Assembly: GCA_041739675.1 (NCBI GenBank)
Contig: JBGSNL010000021.1
Coordinates: forward strand, 1 to 21,394
Direction: 5' to 3'
DNA length: 21,394 bases
From: a bacterium
Lineage (GTDB): Bacteria; UBA10199; 2-02-FULL-44-16; DYJF01
The first letter of the stretch is position 1; each line of letters begins with the position of its first letter. Positions 16,024 through 21,394 of the stretch are shown here, in pieces. The notes under the pieces are model-generated. The model was not told where the DNA came from. It searched no databases and saw nothing but the letters and a program-made list of their open reading frames with translations. A program made the translations under genes and the position numbers.

Positions 16024-16332
16024 TCATTCTCGCGTGGTTGGTCCGATTTTATAGGCATACACAAAATCTGCTGTATCGTCTCCCCCGCCACCTCCGCCTT
16101 TTGCACCAAGAGAGTTGATAAAGTAGGCCTCGACTTCGCGCGCGTTGCCGGCCGAAATTGCCTGCCGATATATCCACCAATAATCCTTTTCGGGGACGCC
16201 GTGTCCATTGAAAAGTCGATCACGCGGGTCCTTGCTGATACCGACGTAAATATCGCTCCATTTCTGCGCCCCGCTATTGCTGGCATGGTCTTTGATGTCG
16301 GCTATAATTTGCTCGTTCGTAAACTTTGTCAT
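16024..16332 (-). CDS. Small protein with GIY-YIG-like motifs (102 aa)
   Basis: GGAGG RBS before ATG 16332; IYVGIS.D...RL...H, A..VE and a C-terminal FVYAY after a Gly6 linker. Family call is from motif recognition only. Confidence 0.65.
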   Translation of the reverse strand: MTKFTNEQIIADIKDHASNSGAQKWSDIYVGISKDPRDRLFNGHGVPEKDYWWIYRQAISAGNAREVEAYFINSLGAKGGGGGGDDTADFVYAYKIGPTTRE

Positions 16333-16333
16333 T

Positions 16334-17017
16334 TTATCCTCCATTCGATGATGGTGACGCCAAAGATTTCTTCATCGTATTCTTGAGTACGGTGAGCTGT
16401 TGCGTGATCTTATCCTTGAGTGCTTTGATCTCTTTGTATTCGACAGCTCCGCCTGGCACATCCTCATACTCATAGGCGATCAGTAGCTCATTGAGTAATT
16501 TTATGAGATCATGTCCTTTTGACGCCATATTTTCAGGCAAATAGAGCTCCTTTAGATAAATTTCATTTCGCGCTTTAGTGAGTGCCACGCGAGCGTGATT
16601 GAGCTCCATGATGCGCTCATATTTCTGCCATTCTTTGATTCCACTATTCCTATCAGAACGAAACATGCAAAGAACCTTTTCACGCTGGCCGTGCGCAACG
16701 CCACGTGATTCAAACAATACCTCAAAATCCTGCTCAGTGAACTCATGGTAAGTCGGAGCGCGACGAATACCAGAAAGGCCACCGATCGCACCGTCGGCAA
16801 TCATGAGAAGATACCATATTTCACTCGTGATTTTGTGGTGCTCGTTTATCAGTAGTTGAGCGTTGATTGCGTCTTTATGAAGATCATGTTTTAATTTTTC
16901 GCATTCCTCATTCAGCTTCTTTGAATATCGATATTTGACATAACCACCGGCACCTAGCCCGGATATCAAGACTGCTATAAGAAGCCTAATGCTTTCAATG
17001 CCCCAGTGGATTTCCAT
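16334..17017 (-). CDS. Hypothetical protein (227 aa) with an N-terminal TM anchor and helical body
   Basis: LLIAVLISGLGAGGYV followed by KYRYSKK; AT-rich; tightly coupled to its neighbours (1- and 5-nt gaps). Confidence 0.8.
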   Translation of the reverse strand: MEIHWGIESIRLLIAVLISGLGAGGYVKYRYSKKLNEECEKLKHDLHKDAINAQLLINEHHKITSEIWYLLMIADGAIGGLSGIRRAPTYHEFTEQDFEVLFESRGVAHGQREKVLCMFRSDRNSGIKEWQKYERIMELNHARVALTKARNEIYLKELYLPENMASKGHDLIKLLNELLIAYEYEDVPGGAVEYKEIKALKDKITQQLTVLKNTMKKSLASPSSNGG

Positions 17018-17022
17018 TCAAA

Positions 17023-17790
17023 TCATTCTCCATTTGGATGAATATTCTTCTGCTTCGCCTCGGCCAGAATTTGTGCAAGACTCTTATTATCTGAATGATT
17101 GTTTGATGGTTTTCGTTTGGCATCAGCAAGTAGCACGGCGAGGTTCTTTTTACTTAAAGACTCTTTTTCAGGATCTTTTTTGATCTCGTCTGTTATTCTT
17201 ATGAATTCCTCAATTTGATGTTTGAGTTCACTCTCTGACATCTTTTTTACGTGTTCACTGATTTCACCGATTCTTTTCACTATTGCGTAATTGAATTCTC
17301 TTTCACTCAGAACAAGTATCTTCTCTACAAGAGACCTTTGAGTCTCTATGTTATGCAAATTGCAGACTTCAAGATAATTATCAGTGAGTTTTGCATAGTC
17401 TTTTTGAATATGCTCCAACAATTTCAATATTTGGCTGACTGCTTGCCGCTTTTCTTCCTCGCTTGTTACCGTCTGTCGCGTGAGCTGATCCTTTGCCGTC
17501 TTTATATCTTGTTCCAATGTTTCTTTTTCTTCCTTTGTTTTTTTGAGTTCATCCGCGAGTTGTTTTCGCTCACCGTTTTGCTCTGTAGCAAGTTTGGCCA
17601 GAGCATTGATAGTTTGAGGAGAGACATGATCCTCTTTCTTTTTTAGTAAATGACAGATTTTAGTTATTCCCAGTACGATTCCAATGATTAGAGAGATAAA
17701 TGCAAGCAGGGTGGCTATTGTTATTCCCCAGAAAACAGGTTTTGCACCGAAATGCTCAATGGCTTTTTCTATCCATGATTCAGGTGGCAT
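17023..17790 (-). CDS. Hypothetical protein (255 aa) with an N-terminal TM segment and long coiled-coil
   Basis: VFWGITIATLLAFISLIIGIVLGI followed by K/E-rich heptads; GAGGCGG upstream of the ATG; AT-rich. Confidence 0.8.
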   Translation of the reverse strand: MPPESWIEKAIEHFGAKPVFWGITIATLLAFISLIIGIVLGITKICHLLKKKEDHVSPQTINALAKLATEQNGERKQLADELKKTKEEKETLEQDIKTAKDQLTRQTVTSEEEKRQAVSQILKLLEHIQKDYAKLTDNYLEVCNLHNIETQRSLVEKILVLSEREFNYAIVKRIGEISEHVKKMSESELKHQIEEFIRITDEIKKDPEKESLSKKNLAVLLADAKRKPSNNHSDNKSLAQILAEAKQKNIHPNGE

Positions 17791-17930
17791 GACCCGCCTC
17801 TGTGAAAACCTTCGTGACTAAGAAAGTTTAAAAACATTGACTGGTGTTTTTCTACTCTGCTTCCCACGGTATTGCAAGCGGCGGGAAAGACAGATGAGGG
17901 GGCCATATGGGGCGGGGATGGGGTGGAGGG

Positions 17931-18150
17931 GATCTGCAAAGTTTCGGAGGGGAAGCGGGCTTAGGAGCATAAAGCGCCGGGTACGACCGCAGGCGTATGA
18001 GGAGCGAAAATATTGACTGGTCTTGTGAGTTAAGGGCTGACAGCGGCAAGACACTTAACTCACATAAGACCAGCAATATTTTCACGACGAGTAGCCGGAG
18101 GGAGTGGCGCAGCTCCAAAGCCCGCTTTCCCGGAAGAAAATTTGCAGATC
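17931..18150. repeat. Large rod-like nested palindrome (~220 nt), possibly a structured RNA or MITE/REP-like element
   Basis: 17931-17968 pairs imperfectly with 18112-18150; inner 18006-18034 pairs with 18054-18083. Confidence 0.78.
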
Positions 18151-18336
18151 GAGGAGCTTGCCGTGGGGGTTCCACCCTTCGCCTACGGCTTCGGGTATTT
18201 CCTCGCCCACCCGCTTCGCGGGTACCCGGGCTCGGTCAGAACCCTCGTCAGAAAATTGTCTGTACTTGAAGTGGGATTGATCTACGTAGTGGGGTTACTT
18301 TGTTTTGATAATTTCTACGAGGTTCAAACACTTCAA

Positions 18337-18381
18337 CCGCTCCAAAAAAAAGACCCCATTCAGGGTCTTTTTTTGGAGCGG
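18337..18381 (-). terminator. Hairpin immediately 3' of tRNA-Gly; terminator-like, possibly bidirectional
   Basis: CCGCTCC-A8-GACCC / GGGTC-T7-GGAGCGG inverted repeat, with a T-tract on both strands after a short GC core. Confidence 0.6.
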
Positions 18382-18448
18382 GAGAAGGGGTTCGAACCCT
18401 CGACAACCACGTTGGCAACGTGGAGCTCTACCGCTGAGCTACTCCCGC
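18374..18448 (-). tRNA. tRNA-Gly (anticodon GCC)
   Basis: GCGGGAGTAGCTCAGCGGTAGAGCTCCACGTTGCCAACGTGGTTGTCGAGGGTTCGAACCCCTTCTCCCGCTCCA: acceptor stem, D-loop, CCACG-TTGCCAA-CGTGG anticodon arm, TTCGAA T-loop and encoded CCA. Confidence 0.97.
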
Positions 18449-18490
18449 GATAACTACAGCACCGCCCTATGCCTTATGCCCGAAATTATG

Positions 18491-19087
18491 TCAAGTCGGG
18501 CTTACCCTTCCCAGCCCCCTGAAGAACCCTATAGTATAATGAAGCCCGGAGCCGATCGATAGAATGATGGCCGGCCACAAGAATATCCATGATATCATGC
18601 GCCAGTTAATGCCGAAGAATGGATAATGGAGCAGCAGCCCCACCGTCGCCGTTGAGACGAAGGCCGATTTGTATTTTCCCCAATGTGACGCGGAGATGAT
18701 GATCCCCTCTTCCACCGCGATTCCGCGCAGCGCCGTTATCGTCACCTCGCGCACGAAAAGAATGGCGACGATCCACGCGGGAATCCTTCCCAGAGGGATC
18801 ATCATTATCATTGCGGTTAAAAAGAGAAGCTTGTCCGCAAGCGGATCTAAAAATTTCCCGAACGTGCTGATGAGATTATAACGGCGCGCGTAGTAGCCGT
18901 CGATCATGTCTGTCGTCATGGCGGCGGCGAAGAGGATGGCTGCGGTGAATGAGAGCGTGCGGTCGAGCCCGACGTTTCTCACGTGCCCCTCTTCCATGAA
19001 GAGCATCAGCACAAGAAGGACCGGCGCCACAAGAAGCCGCGCAAAAGTGATGGAGTTGGGTGTGTTCCAGAATTTTGTCCTACTCAT
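18491..19087 (-). CDS. pgsA: CDP-diacylglycerol--glycerol-3-phosphate 3-phosphatidyltransferase
   Basis: PNSIT..R, TD..DGY.ARR......FGKFLDPLADK, RE..IT.LR and A...GK.K motifs; typical pgsA-tRNA-Gly synteny. Confidence 0.93.
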   Translation of the reverse strand: MSRTKFWNTPNSITFARLLVAPVLLVLMLFMEEGHVRNVGLDRTLSFTAAILFAAAMTTDMIDGYYARRYNLISTFGKFLDPLADKLLFLTAMIMMIPLGRIPAWIVAILFVREVTITALRGIAVEEGIIISASHWGKYKSAFVSTATVGLLLHYPFFGINWRMISWIFLWPAIILSIGSGLHYTIGFFRGLGRVSPT

Positions 19088-19141
19088 TTGCCAAGTCTTA
19101 TGCCTATTGTCACGGCCTCTGTCAATTGTTAGGATGAATCA

Positions 19142-20728
19142 ATGGAAATCAAGAGCGATTTTCTTGTCATCGGCAGCGGGATAGCCGGCCTCACCTTCGC
19201 CCTTCAGGCGGCGGAAAATGGCACCGTCGCGATCGTCACAAAACGCGAACGCAATGAGTCGGCGACATCATATGCCCAGGGGGGAATCGCGGCCGTCGTC
19301 TCCGAGGCGGATTCGTTTGAAGATCACGTGAGGGATACGCTTGCCGCCGGCGATGGCCTCTGCCGCGAGGATATAGTCCGCTCCGTCGTGGAAGAAGGGC
19401 CGAGGCAGATAAGGCTTCTCATGGACTGGGGCGTCCACTTCACGAAGGGGGAACGCTGGCTGTTCGATCTGACAAAAGAAGGCGGCCACAGCCACAGGCG
19501 GGTCCTGCATGCGGGCGATTTCACCGGCCGCGAAATAGAAGATGCGTTACTCAGGGCGGTGAAGGCCCATCCGAATATAAAGATATATGAATATCATATA
19601 GCGATCGATCTAATCACCAGGCACAAGCTGGAAGGCAAGGATAAGAAGGCGGATCGTTCTTTCGGAGCTTACGTTCTTGACATAGCCGGCCGGGCCATCC
19701 ACACATTTGCGGCGCGATCAACCGTGATAGCATCCGGCGGTGCCGGAAAGGTTTATCTTTATACAAGCAATCCCGACATCGCCTCCGGTGACGGGATAGC
19801 GATGGCATATCGCGCCGGCGCGCCCGTTGCCAATCTCGAATTCGTCCAGTTTCATCCGACATGTCTTTATCATCCCAAGGCCAAATCTTTTCTGATCTCG
19901 GAGTCGGTGCGCGGCGAAGGAGGTGTCTTGAGGCTGGTGAACGGCGAGCCATTCATGAAGAACTACGATCCGAGGGGCGATCTGGCGACAAGGGACATTG
20001 TCGCGCGCGCGATCGACTTTGAGCTTAAAAAACGCGGCGACGAGCATGTGCTTCTGGACGTCACGCACAAACCCGCAAAGCTCATAAAGGAGAGATTTCC
20101 CACTATCTACAAGACGTGTCTCTCTTACGGGATAGATATCACAAAAGAGCCGATACCGGTTGTGCCCGCGGCGCACTATTTTTGCGGCGGTGTTGTGACA
20201 GATGCCGACGGCAGAACGGAGATCGAGGGGCTCTATGCCATAGGCGAGGCGGCGTGCACCGGTCTTCACGGCGCGAACCGTCTTGCATCGAACTCGCTTC
20301 TTGAAGCGGTTGTCTTTGCGACGCGGAGCGCAAACGTCTCGAAAAAAGATAAGGGGAAAGAGCCCGTCCCATTGATACCGGCATGGGATCCACGCGGCGC
20401 AACAGATTCCGACGAAGAAGTGGTCATCTCGCAAAACTGGGACGAGATAAGGCGCCTCATGTGGAACTACGTGGGCATAGTCCGCTCCGACAAGAGACTC
20501 ACGCGCGCGAAGAAGCGCATCGACATACTTTTAGAGGAGATCAAGGAGTATTATTGGGATTTCACGGTGACTTCGAATCTGGTCGAGCTCAGAAACATTG
20601 CGCTCGTTGCGAGCCTTGTGATCGGTTCCGCCCTCACCCGCGGCGAAAGCCGCGGTCTTCATTACACGATCGATCATCCCAAAAAAGACGACAAGAATTT
20701 CCGCCGCGATACTGTGCTGAAAAAGTGA
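19142..20728 (+). CDS. nadB: L-aspartate oxidase
   Basis: [75 protein letters not shown] and R.ESRGLHY motifs. Confidence 0.97.
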   Translation: MEIKSDFLVIGSGIAGLTFALQAAENGTVAIVTKRERNESATSYAQGGIAAVVSEADSFEDHVRDTLAAGDGLCREDIVRSVVEEGPRQIRLLMDWGVHFTKGERWLFDLTKEGGHSHRRVLHAGDFTGREIEDALLRAVKAHPNIKIYEYHIAIDLITRHKLEGKDKKADRSFGAYVLDIAGRAIHTFAARSTVIASGGAGKVYLYTSNPDIASGDGIAMAYRAGAPVANLEFVQFHPTCLYHPKAKSFLISESVRGEGGVLRLVNGEPFMKNYDPRGDLATRDIVARAIDFELKKRGDEHVLLDVTHKPAKLIKERFPTIYKTCLSYGIDITKEPIPVVPAAHYFCGGVVTDADGRTEIEGLYAIGEAACTGLHGANRLASNSLLEAVVFATRSANVSKKDKGKEPVPLIPAWDPRGATDSDEEVVISQNWDEIRRLMWNYVGIVRSDKRLTRAKKRIDILLEEIKEYYWDFTVTSNLVELRNIALVASLVIGSALTRGESRGLHYTIDHPKKDDKNFRRDTVLKK

Positions 20729-20730
20729 CG

Positions 20731-21312
20731 TCACTCCCCTTCGGCCGGGTTCATCCAAGTCATGTGTGACACGCCCACGATGCTTTGAAGAGTGAGCTTC
20801 ACCTGGCTTCCGAGATCCACCTTCGGAAAAATAACCTTGTAGCCTTTCGACCACCGGTTGATGTGGTGGAACATGACCATCTCGTAGGGCGTGATGGGGA
20901 CCTGTTCTATGGCGACGGGCCAGACAACCTCCCCGCTGCCCGTTGTCATATAGATCTGCCAGAAGCTGTCGGAGTCCAGCGAGAATTTTTTGTAGTCTTT
21001 TTTCGTGTACATGGCCACGAAGAAATCCCACTGCCTGCTTTGCGTGTATTCCTGATCGGCTATCAATTGTTCGGTTTCGAGCGGGCCCATGTGGTTTATC
21101 TTCGCGGTCCGGTTTGCATATGCCTGCCGGAATTTGTCGTCAAAAAGAGTTGCGTACCAGATCACCTTCGCGTCCCACGTGTTCGCATCGTAAGCCTGCC
21201 CCTTGTGGGTCGCTATTCTGACCGCCGATCGGTAAACCTCTTTTGCCGCGAAAGATGCAGTTGTCTGCAGGCAGATGACGACGATCAAAAGGGCATAGGT
21301 AATAAATCGCAT
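20731..21312 (-). CDS. Hypothetical exported protein (193 aa) with a Sec signal peptide
   Basis: AAGGAG RBS before ATG 21312; MRFITYALLIVVICLQTTASFA looks like a signal peptide. Confidence 0.78.
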   Translation of the reverse strand: MRFITYALLIVVICLQTTASFAAKEVYRSAVRIATHKGQAYDANTWDAKVIWYATLFDDKFRQAYANRTAKINHMGPLETEQLIADQEYTQSRQWDFFVAMYTKKDYKKFSLDSDSFWQIYMTTGSGEVVWPVAIEQVPITPYEMVMFHHINRWSKGYKVIFPKVDLGSQVKLTLQSIVGVSHMTWMNPAEGE

Positions 21313-21394
21313 ACGTTCTCCTTGATGTGCGTGGAGCCTAAAACGTCGGCCAGCCATTTTTCGATATCCCCCAGCATCTGACCCCCCACCGATT
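21285..21394 (-). CDS. Possible 3' end of a gene entering from outside the window (alpha/beta-hydrolase-like C-terminus)
   Basis: Open frame ...SVGGQMLGDIEKWLADVLGSTHIKENVCDLLPMPF*; DI..WL resembles the terminal helix of lysophospholipase-type hydrolases. Too short to be sure. Confidence 0.3.
   Translation of the reverse strand, partial: SVGGQMLGDIEKWLADVLGSTHIKENVCDLLPMPF

Noticed and set aside
17818..18562. Short ORFs across the palindromic region and tRNA (e.g. 17852-18175, 17997-18269, 18142-18453)
   Set aside because: They overlap structured DNA or the tRNA, have no recognisable motifs and are most likely spurious.
1..21394. CRISPR array or rRNA
   Set aside because: No regularly spaced repeat-spacer units or rRNA-like sequence seen.

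Overview
Bacterial genomic window, probably from a Deltaproteobacteria-like lineage (inferred from the rpsA-sppA-ihfB-HIT-lapA and pgsA-tRNA-Gly gene orders). The right half is housekeeping: lapA-family, HIT, ihfB, sppA, rpsA, tRNA-Gly(GCC), pgsA and nadB. A small AT-rich three-gene islet sits between rpsA and the tRNA, bracketed by two large nested palindromes. The left half is the unusual part. Two ~1000-aa proteins I cannot assign to a family (572-3727 and 8055-11078) have largely unrelated N-terminal two-thirds but share an ungapped ~1.03-kb, ~94%-identical 3' end that encodes a hydrophobic/amphipathic domain. Between them lie a B12-dependent radical SAM gene, a MeaB-type GTPase and an operon of three small helical proteins, at least two of them clearly paralogous. 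Both large genes and the small-protein operon are preceded by the same promoter-like motif, CGCAACTT-N14-(G/T)CCGA(T/A)AAT, whose -10 half matches the sigma28/FliA box. The most interesting hypothesis is a co-regulated set of signal-peptide-less, type III/flagellar-exported proteins: translocator-like small proteins plus modular effectors with a variable N-terminus and a constant membrane-interacting C-terminus. No secretion apparatus is encoded in the window, so this remains inference.
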